From an uncultured virus (IMG/VR IMGVR_UViG_3300025687_000036) (Duplodnaviria; Heunggongvirae; Uroviricota; Caudoviricetes): DNA of 64,000 bases. The notes under the pieces are model-generated. The model made no database searches. It saw only the letters and a list, made by a program, of their open reading frames with translations, and was not told where the DNA came from. The stretch lies in IMG/VR virus record IMGVR_UViG_3300025687_000036; one strand, 5' to 3'. This document shows, piece after piece, positions 9,608 through 19,061 of the stretch. Both the position numbers and the translations under genes were made by a program. Each line of letters starts with the position of its first letter. Positions within the stretch are counted from its first letter, which is position 1.

Positions 9608-10254
9608 GCGTCACGATCGTCTACGGCGAGCCGAGGCTCCCGGCACTCGGCATCACGCCCTACCGCAGTCTCTACCAGTTGACGCCGCCGGCGCTCGAGC
9701 CGGTGTCGCTCTCGGAGGCGAAGGCTCAGTGCCGCGTCGACGACGACGCCTCCGACGCCCTCATCCAGACCTACATCACGGCGGCCCGCCAGTATTGCGA
9801 GGACATCCTCGACATCTCGATGATCACGCAGGTCTGGCAGGCCAGGTACGACACGTTCCCGCTGTGGGAGATCATCCTGCCCCGGCCGCCGATGCAGTCT
9901 GGAACGGTGACGGTCACCTACCGCGACGAGGCCGGCAACTCCAACGTGATCACGAGTGCCGCCAGCGCCTTTCAGGTCGACCACTACGTGACGCCCGGCC
10001 GCATCTACCCGCTCTACAACGGCGTCTGGCCGGCGGTTCGAGGCGACGAGAACAGCGTGATCGTGCAGTGGACGGCCGGCTACGGCGACGACGGCTCGGC
10101 GATCAACCCGGTTCTCAAGCACGCGATCCTGCTTCTGGTCGCCCACTGGTTCGAGATGAGGCAGCCCGTGGTCGCCGGCTACTCGCAGGTGCTGCCGGTC
10201 CCGCAGACGTTCGAGACGGTTCTGGCGGCCTCTGGCTGGGCGGGATACCGATGA
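9604..10254 (+). CDS. Head-tail connector (gp6-like adaptor)
   Basis: EPVSLSEAKAQCRVD, YITAARQYCE, AGYG, AILLLVAHWFE. Confidence 0.9.
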   Translation: MSVTIVYGEPRLPALGITPYRSLYQLTPPALEPVSLSEAKAQCRVDDDASDALIQTYITAARQYCEDILDISMITQVWQARYDTFPLWEIILPRPPMQSGTVTVTYRDEAGNSNVITSAASAFQVDHYVTPGRIYPLYNGVWPAVRGDENSVIVQWTAGYGDDGSAINPVLKHAILLLVAHWFEMRQPVVAGYSQVLPVPQTFETVLAASGWAGYR

Positions 10255-10739
10255 GCATCGTGGGGCAGGTACAAGCCGCGATCGACGCCCGCCAGACGAC
10301 TGTGTCTGGGCTGTCGACGGGCCTGACCGTCTACCCCATCGACCTGTCGGTGTCCGTCGGCGACTGCGAGGTGGCGTGGTCGGAGCGACGAACGATCGGC
10401 GAACTGGGCTACGACGAGGTCGACTTCGCGACGATCGGCGTCGACGTCGTGAAGCTCTTGTGCGTGAAGAATCTATCGGCAGACACGCAGATCGCGCTGA
10501 CCGCAGGCTGGAACGGTTCTCAATTCGCGAACTTCAGGCGCGACACGACCGCGTGGAACTTCTCGCCGATGATCAACCTTGGAAACCTGACACTGCGTGG
10601 ATACCCGATCCGAGAGTCCGGCTCCCTGCTCCTGTCCTGCCCGAACTCCGACGGCTTCGGCACCACGGCCGGCGGATCAATCCTGCGGATCGGCGGGACG
10701 CCGGGGAAGACCTACGAAATCTACGTGCTGGGGACGTGA
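10251..10739 (+). CDS. Hypothetical structural protein in neck region
   Basis: Start MSIVGQ at 10251, coupled to upstream stop; resembles the next ORF. Confidence 0.6.
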   Translation: MSIVGQVQAAIDARQTTVSGLSTGLTVYPIDLSVSVGDCEVAWSERRTIGELGYDEVDFATIGVDVVKLLCVKNLSADTQIALTAGWNGSQFANFRRDTTAWNFSPMINLGNLTLRGYPIRESGSLLLSCPNSDGFGTTAGGSILRIGGTPGKTYEIYVLGT

Positions 10740-10742
10740 CCG

Positions 10743-11201
10743 ATGGCTTTTTCTGCTCAGATTACGCTGTCTCTACTCGCTCACGAGTCCGAGGTCGGCG
10801 ACATCTCGACGGCCCTCCGCGTCACGCCGGCATCCTACGCCGTCGCGATGACCGACGGCTCGGCTGCCAACCAGGCACAGGTCGCCTGGAGCGACAACCG
10901 CACGCTGTCGTCATCCTCGGAGACGCTGGCGCTTTCGGCGCTGCCTGACGTCCGCTCAGGCGCGACGGTGACCGTGACGATCACCGCCGTGAAGGCGTAC
11001 TACGTCCGCAACCGCGGCGCCTCAAGCCTCGCCTTCGCGGGGGCTCCGTTCCCGGCCGCCGGCCTGACGGTGGCCGCCGGTGCCGTGGCGATGCAGTCTG
11101 ACCAGTCCGCCGCAGGAATGGCTGCCTCGGGCGTGACGGTGACCGGCACCTCCGGCGGCTCCTACGACATCGTGCTCTTCGGCGAGGGCAGCGTGTCGTG
11201 A
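10743..11201 (+). CDS. Hypothetical structural protein in neck region
   Basis: Ala/Ser/Thr-rich; VAWS..R, VKAYYVRN, YDIVLFG shared with previous ORF. Confidence 0.6.
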   Translation: MAFSAQITLSLLAHESEVGDISTALRVTPASYAVAMTDGSAANQAQVAWSDNRTLSSSSETLALSALPDVRSGATVTVTITAVKAYYVRNRGASSLAFAGAPFPAAGLTVAAGAVAMQSDQSAAGMAASGVTVTGTSGGSYDIVLFGEGSVS

Positions 11202-11518
11202 TCGACATCGGTAAATACAACGAGCGGGTGACGATCCTGTCGCCGACGGAGACCAGGAGTTTCTCCGGCGAGTCGACATTCTCGTGGGACACGACACTGG
11301 CGACAGTCTGGGCTCAGGTCGACGGTCTCTCCAGCCGGGACATCCTCCAGGCCCAGCAGGCCAACGTGATCGCGACCCACCGCGTCCGCATCCGCTACCG
11401 GGAGGATGTCACGCATCTCCACCGCGTGGTGTGGCGAGGCAGGACAATGGAGTTGGCGAGCGTGACGGAGCGAGGCAATCGCTCCTACCTCGAGATGCTT
11501 GCCAGGGAGGTGCAGTAA
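11198..11518 (+). CDS. Head closure protein (SPP1 gp16-like)
   Basis: IGKYNERVTI, TVWAQV, THRVRIRYR. Confidence 0.9.
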   Translation: MIDIGKYNERVTILSPTETRSFSGESTFSWDTTLATVWAQVDGLSSRDILQAQQANVIATHRVRIRYREDVTHLHRVVWRGRTMELASVTERGNRSYLEMLAREVQ

Positions 11519-12294
11519 TGGCCGTTCAGATTGATGCCACGACGCCAAGAATTCTGCCCCGCGGCGGCACGGCCCGCGAGGCGCTCGAGGCATTTGTGTC
11601 TGTTCGGCTCGACGGCATCGACGACCTTCGCAAGCAGCTTGAGGACGCTGCGTTTAAGGCTCTTAGAGACCCCAACCAGTACCTGCAAAAGGCAGTCATT
11701 GATGGGTCTCGGCCAATTGCTCAGTCGTACAGAAACAAGGTCGGTAACGTCACCGGAAATTTGAGGGCCAGCGTAAGAACCCGCCGCGGCAAAAAGAAGT
11801 ATGACGGCGTCTTCATCGCCGTGACCGGGCCGGCGCATCGCGCCACCGGACGCAATTGGTCCGTTGAGGACGGGTCTGGCGGAGCGTCGAACCACGCTTG
11901 GTTGGTCGAGTTCGGAACGGGCCGGCGTCGACCGTCAACACAAAACCGCCGCACCTACGTGAGGGTTCACGAGCGGATCAACGGCCGATTTCGCAGGGTC
12001 AGCAACAACATCTTCAACAATGAGCAGTTTGAGCGGATGGGCCGTGGGTATTACTTCCTCATGGGAAGCATCAACGAGCCGTCCCGCCAGGCCCGCCGAG
12101 GCAGTGGATACCCGCACGACTTCGTCCCTGACGGCCAGGGGGGAACCAGGCCATACGCCATCCAGCCCGGCGAGACCTACGGCGCCATGCGAGCCCAGCA
12201 CCCGATGGAGCGAGCGATTGGCGACAGCCGCTCCGCCGTCCTGTCTGCGGTGAGGGCGTCCCTGACGCGATTCATCAACGAACTGAGCGAGTGA
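11518..12294 (+). CDS. HK97 gp10-like neck/tail component
   Basis: TGNLRASV and HAWLVEFGT motifs; position after head closure. Confidence 0.75.
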   Translation: MAVQIDATTPRILPRGGTAREALEAFVSVRLDGIDDLRKQLEDAAFKALRDPNQYLQKAVIDGSRPIAQSYRNKVGNVTGNLRASVRTRRGKKKYDGVFIAVTGPAHRATGRNWSVEDGSGGASNHAWLVEFGTGRRRPSTQNRRTYVRVHERINGRFRRVSNNIFNNEQFERMGRGYYFLMGSINEPSRQARRGSGYPHDFVPDGQGGTRPYAIQPGETYGAMRAQHPMERAIGDSRSAVLSAVRASLTRFINELSE

Positions 12295-12716
12295 TGCTCC
12301 TCCAGCCAGAAAAGCACATCTACCAGGCGCTCCTATCGAACCCGGCGGTGGCCCGGCGGGTGGGATTCCGCATCTACGCGGTGGCGGTGCCGAAGACCGA
12401 CTTTCCGTTTCTGGTCTACAAGCGCGCAAATGTCGCCAGAGAGGGGACGCTCGGGTCGCCGATTTACCTGCCGATGGTCAGCATTCAGGTGGCCTCCTGG
12501 GCGCTGACGCACGACGCCGCCAGGGAGTTGGCGGACGACGTTCGCTTGGCTCTGGATCACCGCACCGGCACGCTGGCCGGGGTTACAATTGAAGATATGA
12601 GGCTAGTGTCCGAGACGGACGACTTCCTCGACCCGACCACCGTCGGAGCCCAGTTGCCGCCGGCCTACGAGGTCCGGCAGTTGTGGCAATGCCGGTGGCA
12701 AGAATCGCAAATCTAG
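12291..12716 (+). CDS. Tail completion/terminator protein
   Basis: RIYAVAVP..FPFLVY, IQVASWA, LADDVRLALD. Confidence 0.8.
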   Translation: MMLLQPEKHIYQALLSNPAVARRVGFRIYAVAVPKTDFPFLVYKRANVAREGTLGSPIYLPMVSIQVASWALTHDAARELADDVRLALDHRTGTLAGVTIEDMRLVSETDDFLDPTTVGAQLPPAYEVRQLWQCRWQESQI

Positions 12717-12756
12717 GCGGCAGTAAAAGACAACCGGGGCGCAAGGAGGCGCGGCA

Positions 12757-13092
12757 ATGGCAGGTGTTTCCGCACAGGGACTGACGTTTACGTTCGGCGG
12801 CACGGCGCTGACCGTGACGAGCGTGCAGGTCAATGACACCCAAGACCTCATCGACGGCAGCCACCTCGGCATCGGCCCGAACCAGAGGCGAGAGTTCGTC
12901 GGCGGCTTCGCCACCGACCGCGAAGTGTCCGTCGACTACATCTCGACGACGATCCTCGCGGCCGGCACGTCTGGAGCCCTCGACATCAGCGGCCCGATCT
13001 CGTTCAGCGGCAACGCGACGTGTGCCTCTGCGAGCATCGGCGGGTCTGTCGGCGCCCTCATCTCGGGGAGTGCGACGTTCCGAGTCGCGTAA
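12757..13092 (+). CDS. Tail tube-like protein 1
   Basis: Major-tail position; small beta-rich protein, IDGSHLG, SGSATFRV. Confidence 0.7.
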   Translation: MAGVSAQGLTFTFGGTALTVTSVQVNDTQDLIDGSHLGIGPNQRREFVGGFATDREVSVDYISTTILAAGTSGALDISGPISFSGNATCASASIGGSVGALISGSATFRVA

Positions 13093-13095
13093 GCG

Positions 13096-13449
13096 ATGGC
13101 GGGCGTTTCATCCCAAGGCACGACGTTCACCTTCAATGGGACGGATTACACCGTCACCAGCGTGCAGGTGGACTACGGAGCCGAGAGGCAGGTCGTGTCC
13201 GGTGCCCACATGGGGCTCGGCCCAGACGATTTCGAGCCGGTCTTCACCACAGGCCGAACTCGCGACGAGCGACCCACCGTCCAGATCGATTTTATCGGTG
13301 GGGCAATCCCAGGGATCAACGCCTCTGGGTGGCTCTCAGTCTCTGGAAAGTTGTCGTTCAACGGCGGAGCGACCTGCATCTCATCGCAGGTCACGGCCGC
13401 GATCGGCGAGTTGGTGCGAGGCTCTGCGTCGTTTCGCGTGGAGGTCTGA
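13096..13449 (+). CDS. Tail tube-like protein 2 (paralogue of 1)
   Basis: MAGVSxQGxTFTFxGT..TVTSVQV and GSAxFRV shared with protein 1. Confidence 0.7.
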   Translation: MAGVSSQGTTFTFNGTDYTVTSVQVDYGAERQVVSGAHMGLGPDDFEPVFTTGRTRDERPTVQIDFIGGAIPGINASGWLSVSGKLSFNGGATCISSQVTAAIGELVRGSASFRVEV

Positions 13450-13451
13450 GT

Positions 13452-13820
13452 GTGCCGCCGGCCATACCGTTCAACGCGACCTTCTCGTTCAAGGGGCTGT
13501 CGGCACAGGTGACCGGCCTGTCGGTGGAAACGCCGACCGCCGAGATCGTCGACATGACCGGTGTCAACGACGTCAAGGGGTACAGCATTCAGGTTCCGAC
13601 CGGCGACATCCGCGGCGGTTCGATCACGGTCGACTTCCTGAATCAAGCCGGTGGCTCCGACCCGCAGTCGCTGGTCGGCCAGTACGGCTTATTGGTGTTC
13701 ACGTCGAGTGCGTACTCGGTCTCCAGGCAGGTGATTCTGGAGAGCGCGAACATCGACGCCAGGACAGGTCAGTTGGTTAGTGGTCAGTTGAAATTTCGTA
13801 TGACGGACTATTACGGGTGA
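13452..13820 (+). CDS. Tail tube-like protein 3 (diverged paralogue)
   Basis: GTG at 13452; TFSF, IVDMT, GSITVDF, GQLVSGQLKFR. Confidence 0.6.
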   Translation: MPPAIPFNATFSFKGLSAQVTGLSVETPTAEIVDMTGVNDVKGYSIQVPTGDIRGGSITVDFLNQAGGSDPQSLVGQYGLLVFTSSAYSVSRQVILESANIDARTGQLVSGQLKFRMTDYYG

Positions 13821-13833
13821 CAAGGAGGCACTG

Positions 13834-14199
13834 GTGGCTCTTTCCAAGAAGGCGATCCTCGAGGCCAAGGACATCAAGACCATGGAGGTCGAAGTCCCCG
13901 AGTGGGGCGGCTTCGTCATGGTCAGGGTGATCAGCGGCGCCGACCGAGACGTGTTCGAGCAGGCGTACAGCGAGAAGAAGATGGACGCCTTCCGCACGCG
14001 GTTTCTCGTGCTGACTCTCTGCGACGACAAGGGGGAGAGGCTCTTCACAAACGACGAGGTCGAGGCACTCAACGCGAAGTCGAGCAAGGTGCTCAACCGT
14101 CTCTTCGACGCAGCGTGGGAGTTCAACGCCTTCACGCCGGCCGCCGTGGAGGCGCTGGGAAACGATTCGCCGAGCGACCAGAGCGACTCTTCTACATGA
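13834..14199 (+). CDS. Tail assembly chaperone (gpG-like)
   Basis: VEVPEWGG..V, LCDDKGERLF; lies before tape measure. Confidence 0.9.
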   Translation: MALSKKAILEAKDIKTMEVEVPEWGGFVMVRVISGADRDVFEQAYSEKKMDAFRTRFLVLTLCDDKGERLFTNDEVEALNAKSSKVLNRLFDAAWEFNAFTPAAVEALGNDSPSDQSDSST

Positions 14200-14474
14200 G
14201 GCTCGCCCTGGCGCTCGGAATGAGCGTCAAGAGGATGCTGAAAGAGGTCGACAGCGAGGAGTTATCCGAGTGGGCGGCGTTTGACCAGATATACCCGCTT
14301 CCGAATCCATGGCTTCAGACGGCACGTATCTGCCGGACGATCATGGCGGCGAGCGGGAACTACAAGCGAATCCCAGACGAAGACATCTTCATACCGGCGG
14401 CCCGCAGGAAGCCGCAGACGCAAGAGCAGATGATGGCCGAGTTGGCGAAGTTGACGAACCCGCCGCAGGGATGA
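13834..14474 (+). CDS. Extended tail assembly chaperone (gpGT-like) made by -1 frameshift at 14157-14163
   Basis: Slippery G GGA AAC in correct phase; -1 frame reads RLALALGMSV...ELSEWAAF to stop at 14474. Confidence 0.85.
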
Positions 14475-14478
14475 GGCG

Positions 14479-17400
14479 ATGGCAAACTACATCGGCAAGA
14501 TCGCCGCGGTCGTCACGGTCAACAACCAGCAGTTGGCCCGCGGGCTTAATGCCAGCGCTCGCGATGTCGATCGGTTTGCTCGCGGCGTTCGATCCACCAT
14601 CACCTCTGCCACCGGGTCGGCAGGCAGGTCGTTTGATCAGATATTCACGTCTGTCCAGCGGCTTGAGAGAGCCATCCAGCAGGCGAGGATTGGCAACTTA
14701 AACATAGGAGTCTCCGAGCGCGACGCCGACCGCATCAGAGCCCTGGTGGGGGCCGCGAACGATCTCAGCAGGCCACTTCAGCAAAGCGTTCGTGGCTTCG
14801 AGAACCTCTCCTCGGCGGTCCAGAACGAATTCATCGGCTCTCTTGTGCGCGCTCAGAACGCCGCGCAACTGACGCAGAACGCCATTGAACGCGGTCAGAT
14901 ACGAAACGCCCAAGGCTACGAGAACCTCAAGCGCGTCATCGACCAAGTCACCGAGTCGCAGCGCCGCCTCTCCGAGGCCGACACCACCGTCCGCGGCCTC
15001 GCCACCGGCCGCGAACTGCGATTCGTGCAAGGCGACTTCGCGGCAGAAATCCAACGCGCCGCCGCGTCGCAGGCATCCGCGTCGGCCTTGCCGGCCAGCA
15101 CCCGCAGAAGCGGCGATATCGCTCTGTTGGTCGATCTTCAGCGGCGCGAGGCCGAGGAGGCAACGAGGCTTCTTGCTGTGCTTGAGAACATCCGCAACAC
15201 CAGGCGAGGCGATGCGGCATCAGCCCAGGCAGCCTTGGACGCTCAGGTGCAGCGGCTCGGGGAAGCAAACGCGCGACTTGAGCGGCAAGTCAGGCTGTCG
15301 AACGAATTGCGTGCCATCACTTCATCTGGGCCGAGGGGAACAGAACTCGCGTTCACAAACCCAGGATTGCAAAGAGAACTTCAGGCTTCTGCTGCTGCGA
15401 GGCAAGCGGCTGCGGACTCATCCGACCCCGCAAGGTTCGCGGGGCTTGTCCAGCAGTTGACTCAGGTCGAATCGCTGATTGTCGGAATTCAGGAACAGGT
15501 CTCTAGGCGAGTCGACGCAAACCTCGACACGACGGACGCTCAGCGCCGGCTCGAGCAGGCGAGGGAAACGGCAAGAAGGTATCGCGAGGAGATTGAGGCC
15601 GGTATTCGCGCCCTCGCAAGCCAAGAACGAGAGCAGGAGCTTATCGCTAACACAGGCGCTAGAACACCACTCCGCAGCGACACAGACCCCACCGGCCGAA
15701 CGATCCAGCAGAGGTCTGCGGACATTGCGGCTCTGCGCGACCGCGAGGCAGTCGCCGCCCGGCAGCGATCAGCCGAGGAATTCCTCGGCCTCAACATCCC
15801 CGAGGCCCAGCGAGGCTTGGCAGCCCTCGGCGCGTCGGTCAACTCTGTCCGAGATCAGGTCGGCCAATTGCCGGATTCGGTACGCGGTCAATTCGTCCCG
15901 GCTCTGCGAGATGCCCAGCAGGAATACGTCAGGCTGGTTTCCTCTGGAACGGCAACGGCAGCACAGATCGAACAGGCGGCAGCACGCGCTCGAAACCTTG
16001 CGGCTGAGATAACCAGAGCCCAGCGAGCCGCCCAGGCGTTCGGCGGGACGTTCCGCGACTTCGCGGACCAGCGTGACTTCCGCGGCGCGGTCGGTGGGCT
16101 CGAGTTCCTCAGAAACACGCTGACCAGGGCCACAGGCGACACAACCAGGGCCGAGCGGGCTCTGGACGACTACGCGGCGGCACTTCAGCGGGCGGCAAGC
16201 GTGCCTGGCGGGTTCCAGAGGTACGCAAGAGAACTTGATCAAGTGCAGCGCGAGGCCGTCGAGGCCATCGCAGCCACAGACGGCGTGGGGCTGTCAGTGT
16301 CACGTATTCAACAAGGCTTCCGCCGCACAGGCGATGTCGCTCGAGGCGGCTTCGGCAACGTCCAACTCGCCGTCCAGCAGGCAGCGTTCGCCGTCGACGA
16401 CTTCTTCAGCGTCACCGGCGACCTGAGCCAGAGAATACGAGCGGTGGGGAACAACATCTCCCAGCTTGGTTTTGTCTTGGGAAGCACAGAGGGCTTGGTT
16501 GCGGGAGTCGCGTTCTCCATCGGCGCGCAACTTGTCGCATCGCTAATTAAGTGGAACAACTCAGGAACAGAATCCAAAGACAGAGCAGAGGCTCTTAACC
16601 AAGCCCTCGCTCGCCAAAAGTCACTTGTTGAGGAGTTGGCGCAAGCGTTCGATGCCCTTGGCGACAATCTTCTGCGCGGCGTGTTTTCTCCAGCCGCCGA
16701 AGAGGCAAGGGATTTTGCTCGCCAGATTGAAGAAATCCGCAGAAAACAGCAAGAACTCAGGAACGCTGGTGTTGTTGACCTGGACCCGGAGGTGCAGCGG
16801 CAGCGAGCCATACGCGGAGCCCGAGAGCGGCAACTTGAAGGCGAAGAAAACATTGGTCGTCGTGTTGCATTGCAGCAGCAAATCAACGAGGCCCGCCGGG
16901 CCGAGCAGGAAGCTGCGCAGTTCGCGATTAATCGCCCCGCACCCACTCCTCTGGAGATCAGGGAAATCCTACTGGCCGCGGTCGGGTCACAGACGCAGGG
17001 CGGGCTGTTGGGAATTGCTGGCCTCGGAGATTCCCGGCGCCGGCAGGCCCAAGTCAGAGATCAAGTTGATGCCGCAGGCGGAGACCAACGTCAACTTCTT
17101 GAAATACTGCGAGCGGAAAGAGAGCGATTGCTGCCCGAGTCGCTACAGAGCGACTTTCTCTCCAACGAAGCGGCGCCGGCGAGGTTTGCGGTTCAGCAGT
17201 TGACTGGAGTCATTGAGAGACTCGAGAGAGAACTTTCATCCGGTATCAATGACGCTGCGACTGAACTATTTCAGTCAATAAGCACCCCGGCGCAAAGGCT
17301 CCGAGACGCCCAAGACACACTCCGCGAAGCCGTTGAGGCCGGAGTCCCCGGCGCAGAGCGGTTGCTGGACTCCGTCAACCAGATCGGCGCCGGCTTGGAC

Positions 17401-18687
17401 AGAGCAAGGCAGACAATCGTCAACCGCCTAGAGGAGGAGCTGCCTCTCGACCAGGCAACCGTTGACGCCGCGATCCGCCAAAGAGACGCAGCCCTTCGTG
17501 ATGCAGAGGCCACCCAGAGGGCGGTTGCTGCTACGGACATCGCCCGCCAAGCCCTTGAACGCTTCGCCGACGCACTTGACAGAGCCAGCAAAGAAGCCCA
17601 GTCCAACCTCCAGTCCGCCCAGCAGGCGGCTGACCAAGCCCGCCGCGCTGACCTTGGGTTCAGCACTCCAGCGACACGCCGGGCGATAGAGCAGACCGCC
17701 GCTGACTTGGATCGGCAACGAGAACTGGCTGGCAATGTCGACGAGGAGGTTGCCGCAGCAAGGGAGCGGTTTTCTGGTCGTGTCCGCGAGGTGCAGGAGA
17801 TTCGACGGAGAGGCGAGATTGCGCTAGGCGCGCGTCGAAGTAGCGGAGAAGCATTTCGTCTCGCCGCCGAAGCCGGGATCGATGCTCGCAACCTCGACCT
17901 CGTCGTCGCTGAAGCCCGCGAAAGGGGAAATGAAGAACTGGCGAGACGGGTAGAAGAAGCAATCAGAAGTTTGAACCAGGCTCAGATAGACCTTGGTATA
18001 GAAGGCCGAGATTTCTGGGGCGGCATCCGGCAAGCCGTCGACGAATACGAGTCCGTTATCAATGACGCAGCCAGTGAGGCAGAGAGGGCGTTGTCTCGGG
18101 TTGCGGAGATTGACAGACAACTTCAAGCGACAGGAGTCCTCGCGCCGGGGCAGCGAGAGGAACTAGTTCGCGAGCGCGCACGCCTTGAAGGTCAAGTAGT
18201 TGATCTCGATGATCGCGTGCGCCGCGCTAGAGACGAATCGACCCGAGAGGCCGAACAGGCGGCGGCGGCTGCCCGCGGACGTGAACTTTCTCTGACCCCG
18301 ACCCAGCGAGCAGCCGAAGAACTCGCCAGAGACCTCGAGGCCATCCGGCTTGAGTTTGGCAGGCGGGCCGAGGAGACCACCGGTCTCGTCGATCAAGCCG
18401 GATTGCAGGAGGCGCAGCGGCGTCGGTTTCAAGAAGTTGCTAGGCAACAAGCCCCACTCCTCGCCGGCTTCGCCGACGAGGTGCAGAACTCGATCCTGCA
18501 AGGCCCGTCGCGGGCGGCGCTCCAGGCTTCCGACGCCTCGACGCTCGAGGGGCAGCGAGAACTCAACAGGCTCCTGCGAGGCGACGACTCGGCGAGAGAC
18601 GTCAACCTCGTGGAACTACAGAGGCAGACACAGGCACTCGACGAGTTGGTCAGACTGACTCGCGAAGGCCCACAGGTTGCGGAGTAA
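14479..18687 (+). CDS. Tape measure protein
   Basis: 1402 aa, helical Ala/Arg/Gln/Glu-rich, central hydrophobic stretch, follows chaperones. Confidence 0.92.
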   Translation: MANYIGKIAAVVTVNNQQLARGLNASARDVDRFARGVRSTITSATGSAGRSFDQIFTSVQRLERAIQQARIGNLNIGVSERDADRIRALVGAANDLSRPLQQSVRGFENLSSAVQNEFIGSLVRAQNAAQLTQNAIERGQIRNAQGYENLKRVIDQVTESQRRLSEADTTVRGLATGRELRFVQGDFAAEIQRAAASQASASALPASTRRSGDIALLVDLQRREAEEATRLLAVLENIRNTRRGDAASAQAALDAQVQRLGEANARLERQVRLSNELRAITSSGPRGTELAFTNPGLQRELQASAAARQAAADSSDPARFAGLVQQLTQVESLIVGIQEQVSRRVDANLDTTDAQRRLEQARETARRYREEIEAGIRALASQEREQELIANTGARTPLRSDTDPTGRTIQQRSADIAALRDREAVAARQRSAEEFLGLNIPEAQRGLAALGASVNSVRDQVGQLPDSVRGQFVPALRDAQQEYVRLVSSGTATAAQIEQAAARARNLAAEITRAQRAAQAFGGTFRDFADQRDFRGAVGGLEFLRNTLTRATGDTTRAERALDDYAAALQRAASVPGGFQRYARELDQVQREAVEAIAATDGVGLSVSRIQQGFRRTGDVARGGFGNVQLAVQQAAFAVDDFFSVTGDLSQRIRAVGNNISQLGFVLGSTEGLVAGVAFSIGAQLVASLIKWNNSGTESKDRAEALNQALARQKSLVEELAQAFDALGDNLLRGVFSPAAEEARDFARQIEEIRRKQQELRNAGVVDLDPEVQRQRAIRGARERQLEGEENIGRRVALQQQINEARRAEQEAAQFAINRPAPTPLEIREILLAAVGSQTQGGLLGIAGLGDSRRRQAQVRDQVDAAGGDQRQLLEILRAERERLLPESLQSDFLSNEAAPARFAVQQLTGVIERLERELSSGINDAATELFQSISTPAQRLRDAQDTLREAVEAGVPGAERLLDSVNQIGAGLDRARQTIVNRLEEELPLDQATVDAAIRQRDAALRDAEATQRAVAATDIARQALERFADALDRASKEAQSNLQSAQQAADQARRADLGFSTPATRRAIEQTAADLDRQRELAGNVDEEVAAARERFSGRVREVQEIRRRGEIALGARRSSGEAFRLAAEAGIDARNLDLVVAEARERGNEELARRVEEAIRSLNQAQIDLGIEGRDFWGGIRQAVDEYESVINDAASEAERALSRVAEIDRQLQATGVLAPGQREELVRERARLEGQVVDLDDRVRRARDESTREAEQAAAAARGRELSLTPTQRAAEELARDLEAIRLEFGRRAEETTGLVDQAGLQEAQRRRFQEVARQQAPLLAGFADEVQNSILQGPSRAALQASDASTLEGQRELNRLLRGDDSARDVNLVELQRQTQALDELVRLTREGPQVAE

Positions 18688-18689
18688 TC

Positions 18690-19058
18690 ATGCCAGACAT
18701 CACCTATTCCATCTCCTTCAAGGTTGACAAGGACAACTTTGTCAACCAGTTGCAGGTAAATCAGGTCACCGCGTCGATGACGCTGGGAGGCTACCAGAGC
18801 CTCGTCTACGACCTGACGACGAACGCCACGTCGATCTCGACGGCGAACCTGTCGAGCGTCGGCATGGCGTTCCTGCGGAACTTGTCTACGGCGACGGCGT
18901 CGACCGTGCAGATCGGCATCAACGCCGGCGGGTCGTTCGGGTCGTTCGCGACTCTGCGTGGCGGCGAGCCGGCGGTCGTCAGGCTCTCGGCCGGGACGGA
19001 ATACGAGGCCGTCGGCGTCGCCGGCACCCGCCTGCGCGTCGACATTACGGAAGGCTGA
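18690..19058 (+). CDS. Putative tail protein
   Basis: Beta-rich, directly after tape measure. Confidence 0.55.
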   Translation: MPDITYSISFKVDKDNFVNQLQVNQVTASMTLGGYQSLVYDLTTNATSISTANLSSVGMAFLRNLSTATASTVQIGINAGGSFGSFATLRGGEPAVVRLSAGTEYEAVGVAGTRLRVDITEG

Positions 19059-19061
19059 GTC

